Assembly (NCBI RefSeq): GCF_030384885.1
Contig: NZ_CP128615.1
Source of the DNA: Escherichia coli
GTDB taxonomy: Bacteria > Pseudomonadota > Gammaproteobacteria > Enterobacterales > Enterobacteriaceae
Length of the DNA: 64,000 bases
Direction: 5' to 3' (one strand)
The notes under the pieces were generated by a model. The model was given only the letters and a program-made list of their open reading frames with translations, had not been told where the DNA came from and did no database searches. Positions 1-8,001 of the stretch are shown piece by piece. The translations under genes and the position numbers were made by a program. Every line of letters starts with the position of its first letter. The stretch's first letter is position 1.

Positions 1-1149
1 TTTCCCTATGAATACTATTCCGTGCGGTTCAGCACCTTCTCCGGGGGGCATTTTGCCGGCTTCAGACGCTATCTGCGCCATCTGCTGTTAGACAGTGCAC
101 GCATCGATAACGAGCACGCCGCACAGGAATATACGCGCACAGTTTACAGCGTCAATGTGCCGGTAGCCGATCGGTACCGGCTTGAAAACAGTTACCGGCA
201 ACAGAAAATGCACTTCTGCACCCGGCATCTGTCAGCCATAAACGACACGCTGGATACGTATCAGTTTGGCGTGCGTTCCGGTGCTAAATCAGGTCTTGAG
301 GCGAATCTGGACATTACCGAGGACGGTATTTCCATTCGTCACCGTGGAAAAGGAAGGCAGTGCTTCATCAAAACAGAGTTTGCACTGCAGCGGCATCAGC
401 AGCAGGGAGAGCTCCACGCACTGTTGCTTGAGGAGCCGGAGAATCATCTCAGCCATGTCAGTATGAAGAGGCTGGTTAATCAGCTTGCAACTGAACGGCA
501 GACGCAGGTGTTTATTGCCACACACAGCAGCCATATCTCATCCCGCCTCGATCTGCGTAAGGCAATCCTCCTCGGGTCTGCCCGACCGGTACTGATGAAT
601 GAACTTTCCGCTGAGACTGCCGCCTTCTTCATGAAAGCACCGGACAATAATGTGCTGGAATTTGCGCTGGCCAGACGTGTGCTGCTCGTGGAGGGGGATG
701 CTGAGTTTATTCTGATCGAGGCCTTTTATCGCCGCCTGTATGGCAGGTCGCCGGAGGATGACGGGGTTCACATCATCGCTATCGGCGGAACGAGTTTCCG
801 TCGTTATCTTGAACTGGCCCGTCTTCTGGAAAATCGCGTCGCGGCCCTTCGTGATAATGACGGCAACTATCAGCAAAACTGCGATGAACGCTATGCTGAC
901 GTGCTTTGTTCCCGCTCCCGGGTATTTGCTGATCGCGATAACACCCGATCCACATTTGAAATCTGCCTGTATCAGGATAACGCTGGTCTGTGTGATGCGC
1001 TTTTCCGCGGAACACGCCGGACACTCACGGTGCAGGAATACATGCTGGCCAATAAGGCAGAAGCAGCATTCCGGCTGTTACAGCTGCACGCCGAAGAGCT
1101 GACAGTACCTGATTATATTCAGGAGGCACTGGCATGGATAAGAGAGTGA
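1..1149 (+). CDS. OLD-family ATP-dependent endonuclease (ABC-ATPase C-terminal part plus Toprim domain), 5'-partial at window edge; Gabija GajA-like
   Basis: Frame is open from base 1 (track ORF 22-1149). Translation has ATPase C-terminal motifs (LLLEEPENHLS, FIATHSSH) followed by Toprim signatures (LLVEGDAEFILIE, RDNDGNY). Stop overlaps the start of the next gene. Confidence 0.6.
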   Translation, partial: FPYEYYSVRFSTFSGGHFAGFRRYLRHLLLDSARIDNEHAAQEYTRTVYSVNVPVADRYRLENSYRQQKMHFCTRHLSAINDTLDTYQFGVRSGAKSGLEANLDITEDGISIRHRGKGRQCFIKTEFALQRHQQQGELHALLLEEPENHLSHVSMKRLVNQLATERQTQVFIATHSSHISSRLDLRKAILLGSARPVLMNELSAETAAFFMKAPDNNVLEFALARRVLLVEGDAEFILIEAFYRRLYGRSPEDDGVHIIAIGGTSFRRYLELARLLENRVAALRDNDGNYQQNCDERYADVLCSRSRVFADRDNTRSTFEICLYQDNAGLCDALFRGTRRTLTVQEYMLANKAEAAFRLLQLHAEELTVPDYIQEALAWIRE

Positions 1150-2156
1150 TATTTGCGGTTGCCGGCTCGGGCAAGACCACGCTGCTGATACAGCGGTTGA
1201 GTGAGGACCGGCGGACGCTGATCCTGACCTTCACCGTGAATAATGAAGCGCATCTCCGGGCGCAGATTATCAGACGTTTTGGCTTTATCCCGGACGGGAT
1301 CAGGGTGATGACCTGGTTTGAGTTTCTGCACGGTTTTTGCTTCAGGCCTTTCCTGCAGGAGCAGCTGGCATCGCGTGGGCTGAGCTTCGACCAGCCCCCA
1401 CCCAGAATACCGCGCACGAATGCCCGGCATTATCAGGATCCCGCCGGACGGCTGTATCACCGGAGGCTCGCACACTTACTCACAGCCCGGGGGCTGCTGC
1501 CAGATATCCGTACCCGGCTTGCCCGTTACTACGATGAACTGCTTGTCGATGAAGTCCAGGACTTTGCCGGACATGACTTTAATTTTCTGCTGGAGCTCTG
1601 CCGCGCGGAAATCACTGTGCTCTGTTGCGGCGATTTTTATCAACATACCTTTGATACAAGCCATGACGGCAACGTTAATTCAACGCTGCACGATGACATT
1701 ACGCGATATGAGGCCCGCTTCGACGCAGCAGGTTTCACGGTTGACCGGGACACGCTCAACCGGACATGGCGTTGCTCAGCTTCAGTGTGCGAGTTTATCA
1801 CCGGACAACTGAACATCCGTATCGCTGCCCATGGGATACATGCCACCCTGATTGAAACGATCACAGATGCAGAGCGCACAGCCACCCTGCACGCCGATAA
1901 TACGGTGATTAAGCTCTTCTATCGTGAACATCACCGTTACGGCTGCTATTCCATGAACTGGGGCGTCAGTAAAGGGCTCGACCACTTTCAGGATGTCTGC
2001 ATTGTGATGGGATCTTCCCACTGGAAGCTTCTGACCCGTCAGGAACTGGCAGCCCTTCCACCGTCGTCCCGTAACAGGCTGTACGTGGCATGCTCACGGG
2101 CGCGCGGCAACATTTATTTTGTTCCCGAAATTCATCTGCGCCGATTCCGGAACTGA
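1134..2156 (+). CDS. UvrD-like superfamily 1 helicase core protein (short, 340 aa), GajB-like partner of the OLD nuclease
   Basis: Walker A AVAGSGKTT, motif II LLVDEVQDF, GDFYQ, C-terminal LYVACSRARGNIYFV; start overlaps upstream OLD gene by 16 bp (operon). Confidence 0.55.
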   Translation: MDKRVIFAVAGSGKTTLLIQRLSEDRRTLILTFTVNNEAHLRAQIIRRFGFIPDGIRVMTWFEFLHGFCFRPFLQEQLASRGLSFDQPPPRIPRTNARHYQDPAGRLYHRRLAHLLTARGLLPDIRTRLARYYDELLVDEVQDFAGHDFNFLLELCRAEITVLCCGDFYQHTFDTSHDGNVNSTLHDDITRYEARFDAAGFTVDRDTLNRTWRCSASVCEFITGQLNIRIAAHGIHATLIETITDAERTATLHADNTVIKLFYREHHRYGCYSMNWGVSKGLDHFQDVCIVMGSSHWKLLTRQELAALPPSSRNRLYVACSRARGNIYFVPEIHLRRFRN

Positions 2157-2445
2157 GTCAGCTGCTTCTCAGTCGGGCACAATTCAGAAATAAAGCTGTA
2201 TGGCCAACGATGTCACTTCAGGCTGGAAAAGTGCGGATCCGGTTTTGCCTTTTTTCGGATCTGAGCGGGAAAAGTGAGAAACCAACATAGGTGTAACATA
2301 TCCATATGCCGGGCATCTGCATAGGCAAAGCATACGCATATACCTACCATCTGCATATGTAACACCTATACAAGCCGGGCTTGCAGGCATATACTTCACC
2401 TATGCGGGAATACTCCCTGGCACACTCAGCATATGAGGAAAAACC

Positions 2446-2676
2446 ATGCGCACAGTTTCGATATTTAAAAACGGCAATAACCGCGCCATCCGTCTGCCCC
2501 GGGACCTGGATTTTGATGGCGTCAGCGAGCTGGAGATCGTCCGGGAAGGGGACAGCATCATTCTGCGTCCCGTCCGGCCGACCTGGGGCTCGTTCGCGCA
2601 GCTGGACAGGGCCGATCCGGACTTTATGGCGGAGCGTGAGGATGTGGTCAGCGATGAAGGACGCTTTGAGCCATGA
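2446..2676 (+). CDS. vapB: VapB/VagC antitoxin (AbrB/SpoVT-type)
   Basis: 76-aa protein MRTVSIFKNGNNRAIRLPRDLDFDG...; 4-bp overlap with downstream PIN toxin gene; palindrome-rich promoter region upstream (2280-2445). Confidence 0.9.
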   Translation: MRTVSIFKNGNNRAIRLPRDLDFDGVSELEIVREGDSIILRPVRPTWGSFAQLDRADPDFMAEREDVVSDEGRFEP

Positions 2677-3089
2677 AGAAAACCTGGATGCTCGACACCA
2701 ACATCTGCTCGTTCATCATGCGCGAGCAGCCGGCAGCGGTGCTGAAGCGCCTGGAGCAGGCGGTGCTGCGCGGTGATCGCATTGTGGTCTCGGCCGTGAC
2801 GTATGCCGAGATGCGCTTCGGCGCCACCGGCCCGAAGGCCTCGCCGCGCCATATTCAGCTGGTCGACGCGTTCTGCGCGCGCCTCGATGCCGTCCTGCCC
2901 TGGGACCGCGCCGCGGTGGACGCCACGACGGACATCCGGGTGGCGCTGCGCCTAGCCGGGACGCCGATCGGCCCGAATGACACGGCCATTGCCGGGCACG
3001 CCATCGCGGCGGGCGCCATCCTGGTGACGAACAATGTGAGAGAGTTTGCGCGGGTCCCGGGCCTGGTGCTGGAAGACTGGGTGAAATAA
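2673..3089 (+). CDS. vapC: VapC/VagD PIN-domain toxin
   Basis: 138-aa PIN protein MKKTWMLDTNICSFIM... with conserved acidic residues; coupled to vapB. Confidence 0.9.
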   Translation: MKKTWMLDTNICSFIMREQPAAVLKRLEQAVLRGDRIVVSAVTYAEMRFGATGPKASPRHIQLVDAFCARLDAVLPWDRAAVDATTDIRVALRLAGTPIGPNDTAIAGHAIAAGAILVTNNVREFARVPGLVLEDWVK

Positions 3090-3130
3090 TCCCGTAATAA
3101 TTTCCGTGACGGAGACGACAGACATGAATG

Positions 3131-3192
3131 GGCTTTGTTGAATAAATCGAACTTTTGCTGAGTTGAAGGATCAGATCACGCATCCTCCCGAC
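3131..3192 (+). mobile_element. IS903 left-end fragment (62 bp)
   Basis: Identical to the first 62 bp of the intact IS903 copy at 23487 (GGCTTTGTTGAATAAATCGAACTTTTGCTGAG...); ends abruptly at the start of the IS3-family element. Confidence 0.8.
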
Positions 3193-3292
3193 TGGATTTG
3201 CCCCTATATTTCCAGACACCTGTTATCACTTAATGGAGTGACCCCGAGCCCGTAGACAAATCTGCCCTATAGTTTGAGCATAGGAGGAGTCT

Positions 3293-3577
3293 ATGGGCAC
3301 ATCACGTTTTACCCCTGAATTTAAGGAAGAGGCCGTCCGCCAGATCACCGAGCGGGGCTATTCTATTGCTGAAGTATCTGAACGGCTCGGCGTGTCGGCG
3401 CACAGCCTATATAAATGGCTCCGGGCTGTTAAGCCTGACAACAGTGGACAGCAGGCACAGGATTTACTGGATGCCAGAACAGAAATTCTCAGGCTGAAAG
3501 CACAGCTTAAACGCACTGAGGAAGAGCGGGATATTCTGAAAAAGGCAGCGCGGTACTTTGCAAGGGAGCCCGACTGA
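3293..3577 (+). CDS. IS3-family transposase OrfA (HTH)
   Basis: MGTSRFTPEFKEEAVRQITERGYSIAEVSERLGVS... typical IS3 OrfA with leucine-zipper-like C-terminus. Confidence 0.85.
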   Translation: MGTSRFTPEFKEEAVRQITERGYSIAEVSERLGVSAHSLYKWLRAVKPDNSGQQAQDLLDARTEILRLKAQLKRTEEERDILKKAARYFAREPD

Positions 3578-3624
3578 AGTATCGCTTTATCAACGATCAC
3601 CGTGAAATCTGGTCGATCGTTACA

Positions 3625-4212
3625 ATGTGTCGGGTCCTTAAGGTTGCCCGTGCCGGATTTTATGTCTGGCTCCATAACCCTGTATCTGCCGGAGAAAAGG
3701 ATAACCAGCGACTGCTGGAACTCATCCGCGACTCCTATACGCTGAGTGGTGGAGTTTACGGTTATCGCAGGGTTCATGGCGATCTTCGCGAAATTGGCGA
3801 AGTGTGCAGCAGAAACCGGGTTGCCAAAATCATGAGGAAAAACAGGATTCAGGCTATACATGGTTATAAAGTGCCACGCGGGAGCCGGGGACGACCGTCA
3901 CTGATAGCGCCTAATCACGTGCGGCGTGAATTTACTGTAGTGAAGCCCAATCAGGTGTGGGTCACCGACATCACCTACATCCGCACCTGGCAGGGCTGGC
4001 TGTACCTGGCAGTGGTTATCGATCTTTTTGCCCGTAATGTGGTGGGCTGGTCGATGAAGCCGACACTGTCGCGCGAGCTGGCACTGGATGCGCTGCTGAT
4101 GGCGGTCTGGCGACGTAAACCTGAAGAAAACGTCATTGTGCACAGCGATAGTAATAATGCCGATGTCAGTCTTTACCACCACTTAGTTTGCCGTTTAACC
4201 AGATTGGTGTGA
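3625..4212 (+). pseudogene. IS3-family transposase OrfB, 5' part, disrupted after the HSD motif by an IS110-family insertion
   Basis: Translation matches IS3 OrfB up to VIVHSD (about 4149) then runs into unrelated sequence and stops. Confidence 0.75.
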
Positions 4213-5525
4213 TTACTGATGCAGTGAAGACCTTCCCGCATCCTGACTCACACAGCGATCGACCTTTTGTGTCCTGCCCTGGACCCGTCGGTTGCCGGAA
4301 GCGCCTTCATGCGAGGCATCTCCTCACCGATGCGCGTGACTCAAGAAGGGCCTGACGGCTTGTCTCGTTACTGTCCTGTCCGGGTTATCTGTCTGGAGAT
4401 TCAACTCTGTTTCCTCACAGGAGCTCTGTCATGGTTGATAAAGTTACCGAAGCTGCCGTTGTGGGTGGCGTGGATACACATAAAGATTTGCACGTTGCCG
4501 CTGTCGTAGATCAGAACAATAAAGTCCTTGGGACTCAGTATTTCTCCACAACACGACAAGGTTACCGGCAGATGCTGGCATGGATGACCTCGTTTGGGAC
4601 ATTAAAGCGAATTGGTGTTGAGTGCACAGGTACCTATGGTTCCGGTTTGCTTCGTTATTTTCAGAACGCCGGGTTAGAAGTTCTTGAGGTGACTGCTCCA
4701 GACCGGATGGAGCGACGCAAACGGGGTAAAAGTGACACAATTGATGCTGAATGTGCCGCTCATGCAGCATTCTCAGGCATCAGGACAGTTACTCCCAAAA
4801 CGCGTGATGGCATGATTGAGTCCCTGCGGGTATTAAAAACTTGCCGAAAAACAGCAATATCAGCCCGCAGAGTCGCTCTCCAGATTATCCATTCAAATAT
4901 TATCTCTGCCCCGGATGAATTACGTGAACAGCTCAGAAATATGACGCGCATGCAGCTCATCAGGACCCTGGGTTCCTGGAGACCTGATGCCAGTGAATAC
5001 CGCAATGTAACCAACGTTTATCGCATTTCATTAAAGTCCCTTGCCCGACGCTATCTCGAGTTACATGACGAAATCGCTGATCTGGATGTCATGATTGCGG
5101 CAATTGTCGACGAGTTGGCACCTGAGCTGATTAAACGTAATGCTATCGGATACGAAAGCGCTTCACAGTTGCTGATCACTGCCGGAGACAATCCTCAACG
5201 GTTAAGATCAGAATCAGGATTTGCGGCACTGTGTGGTGTCAGCCCGGTCCCCGTTTCTTCTGGAAAAACGAACCGTTACCGACTTAATCGTGGTGGAGAT
5301 CGTGCTGCAAATAGTGCACTTCACATCATCGCCATCGGACGCTTACGAACTGACGCAAAAACAAAGGAATATGTCGCCAGGCGTGTAGCCGAAGGACATA
5401 CAAAAATGGAAGCGATACGCTGTCTAAAGCGATATATCTCCCGCGAAGTTTACACGTTACTGCGCAATCAAAACAGGCGGATCAACAGTATCCCGATAAC
5501 AGCTTGACTCTTAGAAGGGCGTCCA
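4150..5525 (+). mobile_element. IS110-family insertion sequence nested inside the IS3-family orfB
   Basis: About 1.38 kb insert between HSD and QGSQY codons of the IS3 orfB; encodes an IS110-type transposase; no obvious terminal inverted repeats, as usual for this family. Boundaries approximate. Confidence 0.6.
4431..5507 (+). CDS. IS110-family transposase
   Basis: 358 aa, N-terminus MVDKVTEAAVVGGVDTHKDLHVAAVVD... (DEDD-type RuvC-like fold family signature). Confidence 0.85.
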   Translation: MVDKVTEAAVVGGVDTHKDLHVAAVVDQNNKVLGTQYFSTTRQGYRQMLAWMTSFGTLKRIGVECTGTYGSGLLRYFQNAGLEVLEVTAPDRMERRKRGKSDTIDAECAAHAAFSGIRTVTPKTRDGMIESLRVLKTCRKTAISARRVALQIIHSNIISAPDELREQLRNMTRMQLIRTLGSWRPDASEYRNVTNVYRISLKSLARRYLELHDEIADLDVMIAAIVDELAPELIKRNAIGYESASQLLITAGDNPQRLRSESGFAALCGVSPVPVSSGKTNRYRLNRGGDRAANSALHIIAIGRLRTDAKTKEYVARRVAEGHTKMEAIRCLKRYISREVYTLLRNQNRRINSIPITA

Positions 5526-5589
5526 GGGCAGTCAGTATGGCAGTGATGACTGGCAGCGGTTCTGCCGGGCCAATAATCTGGTACCGAGC

Positions 5590-5802
5590 ATGAGCCGTCG
5601 CGGCAACTGCTGGGATAATGCAGTGGCAGAATCGTTCTTCAGTTCACTCAAAAAAGAGCGCATCAGGAAGCGGATATACAAAACCCGGGACATGGCCCGG
5701 GCGGATATTTTCGATTATATTGAAGTGTTCTACAACCGGGCCCGGCGCCACAGTCATCTCGGCGGCGTCAGCCCGGAGGCCTTCGAAAAGGCCTCGCAGT
5801 GA
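5590..5802 (+). pseudogene. IS3-family transposase OrfB, 3' part (frame open from about 5527: GSQY...SMSRRGNCWDNAVAESFF)
   Basis: C-terminal DDE-region motifs of IS3 transposases resume immediately after the IS110 insert. Confidence 0.75.
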
Positions 5803-5909
5803 GGACAGAAACTGTCTACCGGAGCGTGGTCACTCCACATTTAAAGAAACGAGCTTTGGTAAACATACCTGTAATGACTCCATAAAATGGCGCGTCAAAC
5901 GACACCTAA

Positions 5910-7985
5910 TCAATTAACCCCAAGCGCCTTAAACACGGCATCGACGGGGTCTGCATAAAAGCTGATCTGGAATTTTGAGAACAACTCAGCAGGAACCGTT
6001 GGAATATCTGAGGCTGAGGCCATTGGGAGCAAAATACGCTTTGCGCCACTGTCCATAGCTAACTGAAGACTGCCTGCAAGATCTTGAACAGGATTGACGA
6101 CACCACCTAAAGTCATCTCACCCAAAACAACCATCTGCTCTTGAATCGGTCGGTTCATCAGAATTGAACAGAACGCAATTAATGCAGCGAGCGATGACTT
6201 TGTACTTGGCCCCGTATTGTGGAGCTCAACAACATGGAGGTGATACTCATGATCAGAAAACTTCGCCGACGCACTGATTCTATTCAGGTTACCTTTGAAA
6301 TAATCAAAGCCAACACGCACAGCTTCTTTCGCTGCGGTATTCGAACCAAGGCCAGACACTGAGTGTTTACCAGAACCAGCCATCATCTGGGTTTCATAGC
6401 GATATAACCCAAGCTGCCCAGTGCTTCCCTGAGTAACCAAGTGCACGACACCAGCGCGAGGTAAGCCCTCAGGAATTAGCTTGCTGCCACCTTGTTCCGG
6501 TACATTGATGAAGAATTCTTCTAATGAATCGTTATCGATGTAGCTAAAGTGCACATCAAAAAATTCCATTCCGCCAAGCTTTTTCAATTGCTCTTTGACT
6601 CTACGTCTAGTTTCCAGCGCATAGGTCAGGCAGGCTCTTACATCATCTTTTGTGTACTGTGCGTCGGGGTGTAGTAGCTTTAACAAGCCCGAAACAGTTC
6701 TGCGTACAGCAATTACATCACGCTGATTAAGGTTATTACCGAGTTTGAAGAACTTATCGATAGCATCCGCAAAACTTCTTTTGCGCATTTCACGCATGTA
6801 TTCAGCAAGATAGTCTGTGATTAATCCGTAACTATTGGTGAAAAACTCAGGACGCATCTTCGGTATTTCCCATCCAGGAATATAGGAATGGAAACGGTCA
6901 AAAAAAGCAGTGTCAATCATGGCTTCAGGAAAAGGTGCCAACAGATGACTGGTCTTCACCAGTGTCTCAACGCTTTGATTGATGTTACCGACGAATACCA
7001 TGGAAGCCTTCGCTTCGATTGAATCACGACCACGGGCAAAAGACCCTGACGCCATATAATCTTTCATTATTTGGACGCCGTCTTTGTCTTTAAAGTTAAT
7101 ACCCGCTACTTCATCAAAGGCGACAACATCCCACATTCCGACCAACCCAACTTGGCGCGAGCTCATGTTATAGAACAAGTTCGCCACAGTTGTTTGTCCG
7201 CCCGAGACAAGCAATGAGTTTGGTGAGCACTCCTTGTAGACATGGCTTTTACCTGTCCCTCTTGGTCCGAGCTCACAAACGTTGTAGTTGTTTTCAACGA
7301 ATGGGATCATACGAGTGATAAGATGCCATTTCACCCGATGCTCTAAGTTGGTTGGCTCCATACCCACGGAACGAAGCAACACATCCATCCACTGATCGGT
7401 ACTAAAATGTCTTCTGGTTGAAAACACCTCATCCATGTTCATGGACGGCATTTGTATCGGTTTTAAACTCATAATGGAGAAAGGTGATGTCTTCTGACCT
7501 TCCTCAAAGAAATACTGGACGGTAATAATGCACCAGATGCCGCCAGTTAATAATTTTTCGTTGTCTTGTACTATTTTGGTCGGTACAAGGGCATCCTTGA
7601 TACCCAGGTTCGACAACGCAGCTTCATAGACGTCTTTTTTCTGGTTGAGCTTAACGCTTACTTTGTCGATGATTTTAAACGTGCCGCGTTCACGGATCAG
7701 TGACTTCACTTTCTCCGCTTCATCTGGTCGGACATAGTTCTCAGCCAAGATTTTTTTTACATTATCAAGGCCTTGCATTACAACTTCGTCGTCATCGGAC
7801 GCACAATACATGCCTAGTAAATACTCAAGCACATAGACAGGGACGTTAGCGCCTTCTTTCAATTGCTTTGTCAGATCTTTTCGAACGACACGGCCTTTAA
7901 AATATTGGTTGAGCAATGCGTCTAAATCGGCGCTTTGCATCTGATTTTTTTCGTCTTTATGATCTTGTGAAAAATCAGTTGTCAT
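5910..7985 (-). CDS. brxL: BREX protein BrxL (Lon-like protease domain protein)
   Basis: 691 aa; last gene of a brxA-brxB-brxC-pglX-pglZ-brxL syntenic block; Walker-like GPRGTGKSH and C-terminal Lon-protease-like region. Confidence 0.85.
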   Translation of the reverse strand: MTTDFSQDHKDEKNQMQSADLDALLNQYFKGRVVRKDLTKQLKEGANVPVYVLEYLLGMYCASDDDEVVMQGLDNVKKILAENYVRPDEAEKVKSLIRERGTFKIIDKVSVKLNQKKDVYEAALSNLGIKDALVPTKIVQDNEKLLTGGIWCIITVQYFFEEGQKTSPFSIMSLKPIQMPSMNMDEVFSTRRHFSTDQWMDVLLRSVGMEPTNLEHRVKWHLITRMIPFVENNYNVCELGPRGTGKSHVYKECSPNSLLVSGGQTTVANLFYNMSSRQVGLVGMWDVVAFDEVAGINFKDKDGVQIMKDYMASGSFARGRDSIEAKASMVFVGNINQSVETLVKTSHLLAPFPEAMIDTAFFDRFHSYIPGWEIPKMRPEFFTNSYGLITDYLAEYMREMRKRSFADAIDKFFKLGNNLNQRDVIAVRRTVSGLLKLLHPDAQYTKDDVRACLTYALETRRRVKEQLKKLGGMEFFDVHFSYIDNDSLEEFFINVPEQGGSKLIPEGLPRAGVVHLVTQGSTGQLGLYRYETQMMAGSGKHSVSGLGSNTAAKEAVRVGFDYFKGNLNRISASAKFSDHEYHLHVVELHNTGPSTKSSLAALIAFCSILMNRPIQEQMVVLGEMTLGGVVNPVQDLAGSLQLAMDSGAKRILLPMASASDIPTVPAELFSKFQISFYADPVDAVFKALGVN

Positions 7986-8001
7986 GTTTCACCTCAGCGC
8001 C

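Larger units (their letters stand above)
3193..5882 (+). mobile_element. IS3-family insertion sequence, interrupted by a nested IS110-family element
   Basis: Starts TGGATTTGCCCC...; orfA and a split orfB; imperfect inverted repeat near 5825-5882. Right boundary approximate. Confidence 0.6.

Noticed and set aside
3131-3192. A fourth complete IS903 copy
   Set aside because: Only the first 62 bp are present before the IS3-family element begins.
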